Part shown: positions 35,951 through 50,900 of the stretch, piece after piece
Position numbering within the stretch: the first letter of the stretch is position 1
Layout: the number at the start of each line of letters is the position of its first letter
Assembly (NCBI GenBank): GCA_964016885.1
Contig: OZ024740.1
Location: 35,588,001-35,652,000, forward strand
Length of the DNA: 64,000 bases
Source: Eledone cirrhosa
Taxonomy: Eukaryota
Direction: 5' to 3'
Translations under genes and position numbers: made by a program
The notes under the pieces: model-generated
The model's database searches: none
What the model was told of the DNA's origin: nothing
Seen by the model: only the letters and a program-made list of their open reading frames with translations

Positions 35951-38900
35951 TTAGATGTAATGTGTTGTTTAACAGACGTTAGTTAGATGTAAGGTGTAGT
36001 GGTTTAACAGGTGACAGTTAGATGTAAGGTGTTGTCGTTTAACAGGCGACAGTGAGATATAAGTTGTTGTGTTTTAACAGGCGACAGTGAGATGTAAGGT
36101 GTTGTGGTTTAACAGGCGACAGTGAGATGTAAGGTGTAGTGGTTTAACAGGTGACAGTTAGATGTATGGTGTTGTCGTTAAACAGGCGACAGTTAGATGT
36201 AAGGTGTTGTGGTTCAACAGGCGACAGTTAGATGTAAGGTGTTGTGGTTTAACAGGCGACAGTGAGATGTAATGTGTTGTGATTTCATAGGTGACAGTTA
36301 GATGTAAGGTGTTGTGGTTTAACAGGCGACAGTTAGATGTAAGGTGTTGTGGTTTAACAGGCGACAGTGAGATGTAAGGTGTTGTGGTTTAACAGGCGAC
36401 AGTGAGATGTAAGGTGTAGTGGTTTAACAGGTGACAGTTAGATGTATGGTGTTGTCGTTAAACAGGCGACAGTTAGATGGAAGGTGTTGTGGTTTCACAG
36501 GTGACATTTAGATGTAAGGTGTTGTGGTTTAACAGGCGACAGTTAGATGTAAGGTGTTGTGGTTTAACAGGCGACAGTTAGATGTAAGGTGTTGTGGTTT
36601 AACAGGCGACAGTTAGATGTAAGGTGTTGTCGTTTAACACGCGACAGTTACATGGAAGGTGTTGTGGTTTAACAGGTGACAGTTAGATGTAAGGTGTAGT
36701 GGTTTAACAGGTGACAGTTAGATGTAAGGTATAGTGGTTTAACAGGCGACAGCTAGATGTAAGGTGTTATGGTTCAACAGGCGACAGTTAGATGTAAGGT
36801 GTTGATGTTTAACAGGTGACAGTTAGATGTAAGGTGTTGTGGTTTAAGAGGCGACAGTGAGATGTAAGGTGTTGTGGTTCAACAGGCGACAGTTAGATGT
36901 AAGGTGTTGAGGTTTAACAGGTGACAGTTAGATGTAAGGTGTTGTGGTTTAACATGCGACAGTGAGATGTAAGGTGTAGTTGGTTAACGGGTGACAGTTA
37001 GATGTAAGGTGTTGTCGTTTAACAGGCAACAGTTAGATGGAAGGTGTTGTGGTTTAACAGGTGACAGTTAGATGTAAGGTATAGTGGTTTAACAGGCGAC
37101 AGTGAGATGTAAGGTGTTGTGGTTCAACAGGCGACAGTTAGATGTAAGGTTTTGTGGTTTAACAGGTGACAGTTAGATGTAAGGTGTTGTGGTTTAACAG
37201 ACGACAGTGAGATGTAAGGTGTTGTGGTTTAACAGGTGACAGTTAGATGTAAGATGTTGTGGTTTAACAGACGACAGTGAGATGTAAGGTGTTGTGGTTT
37301 AACAGGCGACAGTGAGATGTAAGGTGTTGTGGTTTAACAGGCGACAGTGAGATGTAAGGTGTTGTGGTTTAACAGGCGACAGTGAGATGTAAGGTGTAGT
37401 GGTTTAACAGGTGACAGTTAGATGTATGATGTTGTCGTTAAACAGGCGACAGTTAGATGTAAGGTGTTGTGGTTCAACAGGCGACAGTTAGATGTAAGGT
37501 GTTGTGGTTTCACAGGTGATAGTTAGATGTAAGGTGTTGTGGTTTAACAGACGACAGTTAGATGTATTGTGTTGTGGTTCAACAGACGACAGTTAGATGT
37601 AAGGTTTTGTGGTTTAACAGGTGACAGTTAGATGTAAGGTGTTGTGGTTTAACAGGCGACAGTGAGATGTAAGGTGTTGTGGTTTAACAGGTGACAGTTA
37701 GATGTAAGATGTTATGGTTTAACAGACGACAGTTAGATGTATTGTTTTGTGGTTCAACAGACGACAGTTAGATGTATGGTGTTGTGGTTTAACAGGCGAC
37801 AGTTATATGTAAGTGGTTGTGGTTTAACAGGTGACAGTTAGATGTAAGGTGTTGTGGTTTAACAGGTGACAGTTAGACGTAAGGTGTAGGGGTTTAACAG
37901 GCAACAGTTAGATGTAAGGTGTTGTGGTTTAACAGGCGACAGTTAGATGTAATGTGTTCTGGTTTATCAGGCAACAGTTAGATGTAAGGTGTTGTGGTTT
38001 AACAGGTGACAGTTAGATGTAAGGTGTAGTGGTGTAACAGACGACAGTTAGATGTAAGGTGTAGTGGTTTAACAGACGACAGTTAGATGTAAGGTGTAGT
38101 GGTTTAACAGACGACAGTTATATGTAAGGTGTTGTGGATTAACAGCCGACAGTTTGATGTAAGTGTTGTGGTTTAACAGCCGACTGTTAGATGTAAGGTG
38201 TTGTGGTTTAACAGGTGACAGTTAGATGTAAGGTGTTGTGTTTCAACAGGCGACAGTTAGATGTAAGTTGTTGTGTTTTAACATGTGACAGTTGTATGTA
38301 AGTTGTTGTGGTTTAACAGGCGACAGTTAGATGTATGGTGTTGTGGTTTAACAGGCGACAGTTATATGAAAGGTGTTGTGGTTTATCATGTGACAGTTAG
38401 ATGTATGGGGTTGTGGTTTGACAGGCGACAGTTAGATGTATGGTGTTGTGGTTTAACAGGAGACAGTTAGATGTAAGGTGGTGTGGTTTAACAAACGACA
38501 GTTAGATGTAAGGTGTTGTGGTTCAACAGGCAACATATAGATGTAAGGTGTTGTGGTTTAACAGGTGACAGTTAGATGTTAGGTGTTGTCTTTCAACAGG
38601 TGACAGTCAGATGTAAGGTGTTGTGGTTTAACAGGTGACAGTTGTATGTAAGTTGTTGTGGTTTAACAGGCAACAGTTAGATGTAAGGTGTTGTGGTTTA
38701 ACAGGCGACAGTTAGATGTAAGGTGTTGTGGTTTAACAGGTGACAGTTAGATGTAAGATGTTGTGGTTTAACAGGTGACAGTTGTATGAAAGTTGTTGTG
38801 GTTCAACAGACGAGAGTTAAATGTAAGGTGTTGTGGTTTAACAGACGACAGTTAGATGTAATGTGTTGTTTAACAGACGTTAGTTAGATGTAAGGTGTAG

Positions 38901-41900
38901 TGGTTTAACAGGTGACAGTTAGATGTAAGGTGTTGTCGTTTAACAGGCGACAGTGAGGTATAAGTTGTTGTGTTTTAACAGGCGACAGTGAGATGTAAGG
39001 TGTTGTGGTTTAACAGGCGACAGTGAGATGTAAGGTGTACTGGTTTAACAGGTGACAGTTAGATGTATGGTGTTGTCGTTAAACAGGCGACAGTTAGATG
39101 TAAGGTGTTGTGGTTCAACAGGCGACAGTTAGATGTAAGGTGTTGTGGTTTAACAGGCGACAGTGAGATGTAATGTGTTGTGATTTCGTAGGTGACAGTT
39201 AGATGTAAGGTGTTGTGGTTTAACAGGCGACAGTTAGATGTAAGGTGTTGTGGTTTAACAGGCGACAGTGAGATGTAAGGTGTTGTGGTTTAACAGGCGA
39301 CAGTGAGATGTAAGGTGTAGTGGTTTAACAGGTGACAGTTAGATGTATGGTGTTGTCGTTAAACAGGCGACAGTTAGATGGAAGGTGTTGTGGTTTCACA
39401 GGTGACAGTTAGATGTAAGGTGTTGTGGTTTAACAGGCGACAGTTAGATGTAAGGTGTTGTGGTTTAAGAGGCGACAGTGAGATGTAAGGTGTTGTGGTT
39501 CAACAGGCGACAGTTAGATGTAAGGTGTTGAGGTTTAACAGGTGACAGTTAGATGTAAGGTGTTGTGGTTTAACATGCGACAGTGAGATGTAAGGTGTAG
39601 TTGGTTAACGGGTGACAGTTAGATGTAAGGTGTTGTCGTTTAACAGGCAACAGTTAGATGGAAGGTGTTGTGGTTTAACAGGTGACAGTTAGATGTAAGG
39701 TATAGTGGTTTAACAGGCGACAGTGAGATGTAAGGTGTTGTGGTTCAACAGGCGACAGTTAGATGTAAGGTTTTGTGGTTTAACAGGTGACAGTTAGATG
39801 TAAGGTGTTGTGGTTTAACAGACGACAGTGAGATGTAAGGTGTTGTGGTTTAACAGGTGACAGTTAGATGTAAGATGTTGTGGTTTAACAGACGACAGTG
39901 AGATGTAAGGTGTTGTGGTTTAACAGGCGACAGTGAGATGTAAGGTGTTGTGGTTTAACAGGCGACAGTGAGATGTAAGGTGTTGTGGTTTAACAGGCGA
40001 CAGTGAGATGTAAGGTGTAGTGGTTTAACAGGTGACAGTTAGATGTATGATGTTGTCGTTAAACAGGCGACAGTTAGATGTAAGGTGTTGTGGTTCAACA
40101 GGCGACAGTTAGATGTAAGGTGTTGTGGTTTCACAGGTGATAGTTAGATGTAAGGTGTTGTGGTTTAACAGACGACAGTTAGATGTATTGTGTTGTGGTT
40201 CAACAGACGACAGTTAGATGTAAGGTTTTGTGGTTTAACAGGTGACAGTTAGATGTAAGGTGTTGTGGTTTAACAGGCGACAGTGAGATGTAAGGTGTTG
40301 TGGTTTAACAGGTGACAGTTAGATGTAAGATGTTATGGTTTAACAGACGACAGTTAGATGTATTGTGTTGTGGTTCAACAGACGACAGTTAGATGTATGG
40401 TGTTGTGGTTTAACAGGCGACAGTTAGATGTAATGTGTTCTGGTTTATCAGGCAACAGTTAGATGTAAGGTGTTGTGGTTTAACAGGTGACAGTTAGATG
40501 TAAGGTGTAGTGGTGTAACAGACGACAGTTAGATGTAAGGTGTAGTGGTTTAACAGACGACAGTTAGATGTAAGGTGTAGTGGTTTAACAGACGACAGTT
40601 ATATGTAAGGTGTTGTGGATTAACAGCCGACAGTTTGATGTAAGTGTTGTGGTTTAACAGCCGACTGTTAGATGTAAGGTGTTGTGGTTTAACAGGTGAC
40701 AGTTAGATGTAAGGTGTTGTGTTTCAACAGGCGACAGTTAGATGTAAGTTGTTGTGTTTTAACATGTGACAGTTGTATGTAAGTTGTTGTGGTTTAACAG
40801 GCGACAGTTAGATGTATGGTGTTGTGGTTTAACAGGCGACAGTTATATGAAAGGTGTTGTGGTTTATCAGGTGACAGTTAGATGTATGGGGTTGTGGTTT
40901 AACAGGCGACAGTTAGATGTATGGTGTTGTGGTTTAACAGGAGACAGTTAGATGTAAGGTGGTGTGGTTTAACAAACGACAGTTAGATGTAAGGTGTTGT
41001 GGTTCAACAGGCAACATATAGATGTAAGGTGTTGTGGTTTAACAGGTGACAGTTAGATGTTAGGTGTTGTCTTTCAACAGGTGACAGTCAGATGTAAGGT
41101 GTTGTGGTTTAACAGGTGACAGTTGTATGTAAGTTGTTGTGGTTTAACAGGCAACAGTTAGATGTAAGGTGTTGTGGTTTAACAGGCGACAGTTAGATGT
41201 AAGGTGTTGTGGTTTAACAGGTGACAGTTAGATGTAAGATGTTGTGGTTTAACAGGTGACAGTTGTATGAAAGTTGTTGTGGTTCAACAGACGAGAGTTA
41301 AATGTAAGGTGTTGTGGTTTAACAGACGACAGTTAGATGTAATGTGTTGTTTAACAGACGTTAGTTAGATGTAAGGTGTAGTGGTTTAACAGGTGACAGT
41401 TAGATGTAAGGTGTTGTCGTTTAACAGGCGACAGTGAGGTATAAGTTGTTGTGTTTTAACAGGCGACAGTGAGATGTAAGGTGTTGTGGTTTAACAGGCG
41501 ACAGTGAGATGTAAGGTGTACTGGTTTAACAGGTGACAGTTAGATGTATGGTGTTGTCGTTAAACAGGCGACAGTTAGATGTAAGGTGTTGTGGTTCAAC
41601 AGGCGACAGTTAGATGTAAGGTGTTGTGGTTTAACAGGCGACAGTGAGATGTAATGTGTTGTGATTTCGTAGGTGACAGTTAGATGTAAGGTGTTGTGGT
41701 TTAACAGGCGACAGTTAGATGTAAGGTGTTGTGGTTTAACAGGCGACAGTGAGATGTAAGGTGTTGTGGTTTAACAGGCGACAGTGAGATGTAAGGTGTA
41801 GTGGTTTAACAGGTGACAGTTAGATGTATGGTGTTGTCGTTAAACAGGCGACAGTTAGATGGAAGGTGTTGTGGTTTCACAGGTGACAGTTAGATGTAAG

Positions 41901-44900
41901 GTGTTGTGGTTTAACAGGCGACAGTTAGATGTAAGGTGTTGTGGTTTAACAGGCGACAGTTAGATGTAAGGTGTTGTGGTTTAACAAGGCGACAGTTAGA
42001 TGTAAGGTGTTGTCGTTTAACACGCGACAGTTACATAGAAGGTGTTGTGGTTTAACAGGTGACAGTTAGATGTAAGGTGTAGTGGTTTAACAGGTGACAG
42101 TTAGATGTAAGGTATAGTGGTTTAACAGGCGACAGCTAGATGTAAGGTGTTATGGTTCAACAGGCGACAGTTAGATGTAAGGTGTTGATGTTTAACAGGT
42201 GACAGTTAGATGTAAGGTGTTGTGGTTTAACAGACGACAGTGAGATGTAAGGTGTTGTGGTTTAACAGGTGACAGTTAGATGTAAGATGTTGTGGTTTAA
42301 CAGACGACAGTGAGATGTAAGGTGTTGTGGTTTAACAGGCGACAGTGAGATGTAAGGTGTTGTGGTTTAACAGGCGACAGTGAGATGTAAGGTGTTGTGG
42401 TTTAACAGGCGACAGTGAGATGTAAGGTGTAGTGGTTTAACAGGTGACAGTTAGATGTATGATGTTGTCGTTAAACAGGCGACAGTTAGATGTAAGGTGT
42501 TGTGGTTCAACAGGCGACAGTTAGATGTAAGGTGTTGTGGTCTCACAGGTGATAGTTAGATGTAAGGTGTTGTGGTTTAACAGACGACAGTTAGATGTAT
42601 TGTGTTGTGGTTCAACAGACGACAGTTAGATGTAAGGTTTTGTGGTTTAACAGGTGACAGTTAGATGTAAGGTGTTGTGGTTTAACAGGCGACAGTGAGA
42701 TGTAAGGTGTTGTGGTTTAACAGGTGACAGTTAGATGTAAGATGTTATGGTTTAACAGACGACATTTAGATGTATTGTGTTGTGGTTCAACAGACGACAG
42801 TTAGATGTATGGTGTTGTGGTTTAACAGGCGACAGTTATATGTAAGTGGTTGTGGTTTAACAGGTGACAGTTAGATGTAAGGTGTTGTGGTTTAACAGGT
42901 GACAGTTAGACGTAAGGTGTAGGGGTTTAACAGGCAACAGTTAGATGTAAGGTGTTGTGGTTTAACAGGCGACAGTTAGATGTAATGTGTTCTGGTTTAT
43001 CAGGCAACAGTTAGATGTAAGGTGTTGTGGTTTAACAGGTGACAGTTAGATGTAAGGTGTAGTGGTGTAACAGACGACAGTTAGATGTAAGGTGTAGTGG
43101 TTTAACAGACGACAGTTAGATGTAAGGTGTAGTGGTTTAACAGACGACAGTTATATATAAGGTGTTGTGGATTAACAGCCGACAGTTTGATGTAAGTGTT
43201 GTGGTTTAACAGCCGACTGTTAGATGTAAGGTGTTGTGGTTTAACAGGTGACAGTTAGATGTAAGGTGTTGTGTTTCAACAGGCGACAGTTAGATGTAAG
43301 TTGTTGTGTTTTAACATGTGACAGTTGTATGTAAGTTGTTGTGGTTTAACAGGCGACAGTTAGATGTATGGTGTTGTGGTTTAACAGGCGACAGTTATAT
43401 GAAAGGTGTTGTGGTTTATCAGGTGACAGTTAGATGTATGGGGTTGTGGTTTGACAGGCGACAGTTAGATGTATGGTGTTGTGGTTTAACAGGAGACAGT
43501 TAGATGTAAGGTGGTGTGGTTTAACAAACGACAGTTAGATGTAAGGTGTTGTGGTTCAACAGGCAACATATAGATGTAAGGTGTTGTGGTTTAACAGGTG
43601 ACAGTTAGATGTTAGGTGTTGTCTTTCAACAGGTGACAGTCAGATGTAAGGTGTTGTGGTTTAACAGGTGACAGTTGTATGTAAGTTGTTGTGGTTTAAC
43701 AGGCAACAGTTAGATGTAAGGTGTTGTGGTTTAACAGGCGACAGTTAGATGTAAGGTGTTGTGGTTTAACAGGTGACAGTTAGATGTAAGATGTTGTGGT
43801 TTAACAGGTGACAGTTGTATGAAAGTTGTTGTGGTTCAACAGACGAGAGTTAAATGTAAGGTGTTGTGGTTTAACAGACGACAGTTAGATGTAATGTGTT
43901 GTTTAACAGACGTTAGTTAGATGTAAGGTGTAGTGGTTTAACAGGTGACAGTTAGATGTAAGGTGTTGTCGTTTAACAGGCGACAGTGAGGTATAAGTTG
44001 TTGTGTTTTAACAGGCGACAGTGAGATGTAAGGTGTTGTGGTTTAACAGGCGACAGTGAGATGTAAGGTGTACTGGTTTAACAGGTGACAGTTAGATGTA
44101 TGGTGTTGTCGTTAAACAGGCGACAGTTAGATGTAAGGTGTTGTGGTTTAACAGGCGACAGTGAGATGTAATGTGTTGTGATTTCGTAGGTGACAGTCAG
44201 ATGTAAGGTGTTGTGGTTTAACAGGCGACAGTTAGATGTAAGGTGTTGTGGTTTAACAGGCGACAGTGAGATGTAAGGTGTTGTGGTTTAACAGGCGACA
44301 GTGAGATGTAAGGTGTAGTGGTTTAACAGGTGACAGTTAGATGTATGGTGTTGTCGTTAAACAGGCGACAGTTAGATGGAAGGTGTTGTGGTTTCACAGG
44401 TGACAGTTAGATATAAGGTGTTGTGGTTTAACAGGCGACAGTTAGATGTAAGGTGTTGTGGTTTAACAGGCGACAGTTAGATGTAAGGTGTTGTGGTTTA
44501 ACAGGCGACAGTTAGATGTAAGGTGTTGTCGTTTAACACGCGACAGTTACATGGAAGGTGTTGTGGTTTAACAGGTGACAGTTAGATGTAAGGTGTAGTG
44601 GTTTAACAGGTGACAGTTAGATGTAAGGTATAGTGGTTTAACAGGCGACAGCTAGATGTAAGGTGTTATGGTTCAACAGGCGACAGTTAGATGTAAGGTG
44701 TTGATGTTTAACAGGTGACAGTTAGATGTAAGGTGTTGTGGTTTAACAGACGACAGTGAGATGTAAGGTGTTGTGGTTTAACAGGTGACAGTTAGATGTA
44801 AGATGTTGTGGTTTAACAGACGACAGTGAGATGTAAGGTGTTGTGGTTTAACAGGCGACAGTGAGATGTAAGGTGTTGTGGTTTAACAGGCGACAGTGAG

Positions 44901-47900
44901 ATGTAAGGTGTTGTGGTTTAACAGGCGACAGTGAGATGTAAGGTGTAGTGGTTTAACAGGTGACAGTTAGATGTATGATGTTGTCGTTAAACAGGCGACA
45001 GTTAGATGTAAGGTGTTGTGGTTCAACAGGCGACAGTTAGATGTAAGGTGTTGTGGTTTCACAGGTGATAGTTAGATGTAAGGTGTTGTGGTTTAACAGA
45101 CGACAGTTAGATGTATTGTGTTGTGGTTCAACAGACGACAGTTAGATGTAAGGTTTTGTGGTTTAACAGGTGACAGTTAGATGTAAGGTGTTGTGGTTTA
45201 ACAGGCGACAGTGAGATGTAAGGTGTTGTGGTTTAACAGGTGACAGTTAGATGTAAGATGTTATGGTTTAACAGACGACAGTTAGATGTATTGTGTTGTG
45301 GTTCAACAGACGACAGTTAGATGTATGGTGTTGTGGTTTAACAGGCGACAGTTATATGTAAGTGGTTGTGGTTTAACAGGTGACAGTTAGATGTAAGGTG
45401 TTGTGGTTTAACAGGTGACAGTTAGACGTAAGGTGTAGGGGTTTAACAGGCAACAGTTAGATGTAAGGTGTTGTGGTTTAACAGGTGACAGTTAGATGTA
45501 AGGTGTAGTGGTGTAACAGACGACAGTTAGATGTAAGGTGTAGTGGTTTAACAGACGACAGTTAGATGTAAGGTGTAGTGGTTTAACAGACGACAGTTAT
45601 ATGTAAGGTGTTGTGGATTAACAGCCGACAGTTTGATGTAAGTGTTGTGGTTTAACAGCCGACTGTTAGATGTAAGGTGTTGTGGTTTAACAGGTGACAG
45701 TTAGATGTAAGGTGTTGTGTTTCAACAGGCGACAGTTAGATGTAAGTTGTTGTGTTTTAACATGTGACAGTTGTATGTAAGTTGTTGTGGTTTAACAGGC
45801 GACAGTTAGATGTATGGTGTTGTGGTTTAACAGGCGACAGTTATATGAAAGGTGTTGTGGTTTATCAGGTGACAGTTAGATGTATGGGGTTGTGGTTTGA
45901 CAGGCGACAGTTAGATGTATGGTGTTGTGGTTTAACAGGAGACAGTTAGATGTAAGGTGGTGTGGTTTAACAAACGACAGTTAGATGTAAGGTGTTGTGG
46001 TTCAACAGGCAACATATAGATGTAAGGTGTTGTGGTTTAACAGGTGACAGTTAGATGTTAGGTGTTGTCTTTCAACAGGTGACAGTCAGATGTAAGGTGT
46101 TGTGGTTTAACAGGTGACAGTTGTATGTAAGTTGTTGTGGTTTAACAGGCAACAGTTAGATGTAAGGTGTTGTGGTTTAACAGGCGACAGTTAGATGTAA
46201 GGTGTTGTGGTTTAACAGGTGACAGTTAGATGTAAGATGTTGTGGTTTAACAGGTGACAGTTGTATGAAAGTTGTTGTGGTTCAACAGACGAGAGTTAAA
46301 TGTAAGGTGTTGTGGTTTAACAGACGACAGTTAGATGTAATGTGTTGTTTAACAGACGTTAGTTAGATGTAAGGTGTAGTGGTTTAACAGGTGACAGTTA
46401 GATGTAAGGTGTTGTCGTTTAACAGGCGACAGTGAGGTATAAGTTGTTGTGTTTTAACAGGCGACAGTGAGATGTAAGGTGTTGTGGTTTAACAGGCGAC
46501 AGTGAGATGTAAGGTGTACTGGTTTAACAGGTGACAGTTAGATGTATGGTGTTGTCGTTAAACAGGCGACAGTTAGATGTAAGGTGTTGTGGTTAAACAG
46601 GCGACAGTTAGATGTAAGGTGTTGTGGTTTAACAGGCGACAGTGAGATGTAATGTGTTGTGATTTCGTAGGTGACAGTTAGATGTAAGGTGTTGTGGTTT
46701 AACAGGCGACAGTTAGATGTAAGGTGTTGTGGTTTAACAGGCGACAGTGAGATGTAAGGTGTTGTGGTTTAACAGGCGACAGTGAGATGTAAGGTGTAGT
46801 GGTTTAACAGGTGACAGTTAGATGTATGGTGTTGTCGTTAAACAGGCGACAGTTAGATATAAGGTGTTGTGGTTTAACAGGCGACAGTTAGATGTAAGGT
46901 GTTGTGGTTTAACAGGCGACAGTTAGATGTAAGGTGTTGTGGTTTAACAGGCGACAGTTAGATGTAAGGTGTTGTCGTTTAACACGCGACAGTTACATGG
47001 AAGGTGTTGTGGTTTAACAGGTGACAGTTAGATGTAAGGTGTAGTGGTTTAACAGGTGACAGTTAAATGTAAGGTATAGTGGTTTAACAGGCGACAGCTA
47101 GATGTAAGGTGTTATGGTTCAACAGGCGACAGTTAGATGTAAGGTGTTGATGTTTAACAGGTGACAGTTAGATGTAAGGTGTTGTGGTTTAAGAGGCGAC
47201 AGTGAGATGTAAGGTGTTGTGGTTCAACAGGCGACAGTTAGATGTAAGGTGTTGTGGTTTAACAGGTGACAGTTAGATGTAAGGTGTTGTGGTTTAACAT
47301 GCGACAGTGAGATGTAAGGTGTAGTTGGTTAACGGGTGACAGTTAGATGTAAGGTGTTGTCGTTTAACAGGCGACAGTGAGATGTAAGGTGTTGTGGTTT
47401 AACAGGCGACAGTGAGATGTAAGGTGTAGTGGTTTAACAGGTGACAGTTAGATGTATGATGTTGTCGTTAAACAGGCGACAGTTAGATGTAAGGTGTTGT
47501 GGTTCAACAGGCGACAGTTAGATGTAAGGTGTTGTGGTTTCACAGGTGATAGTTAGATGTAAGGTGTTGTGGTTTAACAGACGACAGTTAGATGTATTGT
47601 GTTGTGGTTCAACAGACGACAGTTAGATGTAAGGTTTTGTGGTTTAACAGGTGACAGTTAGATGTAAGGTGTTGTGGTTTAACAGGCGACAGTGAGATGT
47701 AAGGTGTTGTGGTTTAACAGGTGACAGTTAGATGTAAGATGTTATGGTTTAACAGACGACAGTTAGATGTATTGTGTTGTGGTTCAACAGACGACAGTTA
47801 GATGTATGGTGTTGTGGTTTAACAGGCGACAGTTATATGTAAGTGGTTGTGGTTTAACAGGTGACAGTTAGATGTAAGGTGTTGTGGTTTAACAGGTGAC

Positions 47901-50900
47901 AGTTAGACGTAAGGTGTAGGGGTTTAACAGGCAACAGTTAGATGTAAGGTGTTGTGGTTTAACAGGCGACAGTTAGATGTAATGTGTTCTGGTTTATCAG
48001 GCAACAGTTAGATGTAAGGTGTTGTGGTTTAACAGGTGACAGTTAGATGTAAGGTGTAGTGGTGTAACAGACGACAGTTAGATGTAAGGTGTAGTGGTTT
48101 AACAGACGACAGTTAGATGTAAGGTGTAGTGGTTTAACAGACGACAGTTATATGTAAGGTGTTGTGGATTAACAGCCGACAGTTTGATGTAAGTGTTGTG
48201 GTTTAACAGCCGACTGTTAGATGTAAGGTGTTGTGGTTTAACAGGTGACAGTTAGATGTAAGGTGTTGTGTTTCAACAGGCGACAGTTAGATGTAAGTTG
48301 TTGTGTTTTAACATGTGACAGTTGTATGTAAGTTGTTGTGGTTTAACAGGCGACAGTTAGATGTATGGTGTTGTGGTTTAACAGGCGACAGTTATATGAA
48401 AGGTGTTGTGGTTTATCAGGTGACAGTTAGATGTATGGGGTTGTGGTTTGACAGGCGACAGTTAGATGTATGGTGTTGTGGTTTAACAGGAGACAGTTAG
48501 ATGTAAGGTGGTGTGGTTTAACAAACGACAGTTAGATGTAAGGTGTTGTGGTTCAACAGGCAACATATAGATGTAAGGTGTTGTGGTTTAACAGGTGACA
48601 GTTAGATGTTAGGTGTTGTCTTTCAACAGGTGACAGTCAGATGTAAGGTGTTGTGGTTTAACAGGTGACAGTTGTATGTAAGTTGTTGTGGTTTAACAGG
48701 CAACAGTTAGATGTAAGGTGTTGTGGTTTAACAGGCGACAGTTAGATGTAAGGTGTTGTGGTTTAACAGGTGACAGTTAGATGTAAGATGTTGTGGTTTA
48801 ACAGGTGACAGTTGTATGAAAGTTGTTGTGGTTCAACAGACGAGAGTTAAATGTAAGGTGTTGTGGTTTAACAGACGACAGTTAGATGTAATGTGTTGTT
48901 TAACAGACGTTAGTTAGATGTAAGGTGTAGTGGTTTAACAGGTGACAGTTAGATGTAAGGTGTTGTCGTTTAACAGGCGACAGTGAGGTATAAGTTGTTG
49001 TGTTTTAACAGGCGACAGTGAGATGTAAGGTGTTGTGGTTTAACAGGCGACAGTGAGATGTAAGGTGTACTGGTTTAACAGGTGACAGTTAGATGTATGG
49101 TGTTGTCGTTAAACAGGCGACAGTTAGATGTAAGGTGTTGTGGTTAAACAGGCGACAGTTAGATGTAAGGTGTTGTGGTTTAACAGGCGACAGTGAGATG
49201 TAATGTGTTGTGATTTCGTAGGTGACAGTTAGATGTAAGGTGTTGTGGTTTAACAGGCGACAGTTAGATGTAAGGTGTTGTGGTTTAACAGGCGACAGTG
49301 AGATGTAAGGTGTTGTGGTTTAACAGGCGACAGTGAGATGTAAGGTGTAGTGGTTTAACAGGTGACAGTTAGATGTATGGTGTTGTCGTTAAACAGGCGA
49401 CAGTTAGATATAAGGTGTTGTGGTTTAACAGGCGACAGTTAGATGTAAGGTGTTGTGGTTTAACAGGCGACAGTTAGATGTAAGGTGTTGTGGTTTAACA
49501 GGCGACAGTTAGATGTAAGGTGTTGTCGTTTAACACGCGACAGTTACATGGAAGGTGTTGTGGTTTAACAGGTGACAGTTAGATGTAAGGTGTAGTGGTT
49601 TAACAGGTGACAGTTAAATGTAAGGTATAGTGGTTTAACAGGCGACAGCTAGATGTAAGGTGTTATGGTTCAACAGGCGACAGTTAGATGTAAGGTGTTG
49701 ATGTTTAACAGGTGACAGTTAGATGTAAGGTGTTGTGGTTTAAGAGGCGACAGTGAGATGTAAGGTGTTGTGGTTCAACAGGCGACAGTTAGATGTAAGG
49801 TGTTGTGGTTTAACAGGTGACAGTTAGATGTAAGGTGTTGTGGTTTAACATGCGACAGTGAGATGTAAGGTGTAGTTGGTTAACGGGTGACAGTTAGATG
49901 TAAGGTGTTGTCGTTTAACAGGCAACAGTTAGATGGAAGGTGTTGTGGTTTAACAGGTGACAGTTAGATGTAAGGTATAGTGGTTTAACAGGCGACAGTG
50001 AGATGTAAGGTGTTGTGGTTCAACAGGCGACAGTTAGATGTAAGGTTTTGTGGTTTAACAGGTGACAGTTAGATGTAAGGTGTTGTGGTTTAACAGACGA
50101 CAGTGAGATGTAAGGTGTTGTGGTTTAACAGGTGACAGTTAGATGTAAGATGTTGTGGTTTAACAGACGACAGTGAGATGTAAGGTGTTGTGGTTTAACA
50201 GGCGACAGTGAGATGTAAGGTGTTGTCGTTTAACAGGCGACAGTGAGATGTAAGGTGTTGTGGTTTAACAGGCGACAGTGAGATGTAAGGTGAAGTGGTT
50301 TAACAGGTGACAGTTAGATGTATGATGTTGTCGTTAAACAGGCGACAGTTAGATGTAAGGTGTTGTGGTTCAACAGGCGACAGTTAGATGTAAGGTGTTG
50401 TGGTTTCACAGGTGATAGTTAGATGTAAGGTGTTGTGGTTTAACAGACGACAGTTAGATGTATTGTGTTGTGGTTCAACAGACGACAGTTAGATGTAAGG
50501 TTTTGTGGTTTAACAGGTGACAGTTAGATGTAAGGTGTTGTGGTTTAACAGGCGACAGTGAGATGTAAGGTGTTGTGGTTTAACAGGTGACAGTTAGATG
50601 TAAGATGTTATGGTTTAACAGACGACAGTTAGATGTATTGTGTTGTGGTTCAACAGACGACAGTTAGATGTATGGTGTTGTGGTTTAACAGGCGACAGTT
50701 AGATGTAATGTGTTCTGGTTTATCAGGCAACAGTTAGATGTAAGGTGTTGTGGTTTAACAGGTGACAGTTAGATGTAAGGTGTAGTGGTGTAACAGACGA
50801 CAGTTAGATGTAAGGTGTAGTGGTTTAACAGACGACAGTTAGATGTAAGGTGTAGTGGTTTAACAGACGACAGTTATATGTAAGGTGTTGTGGATTAACA

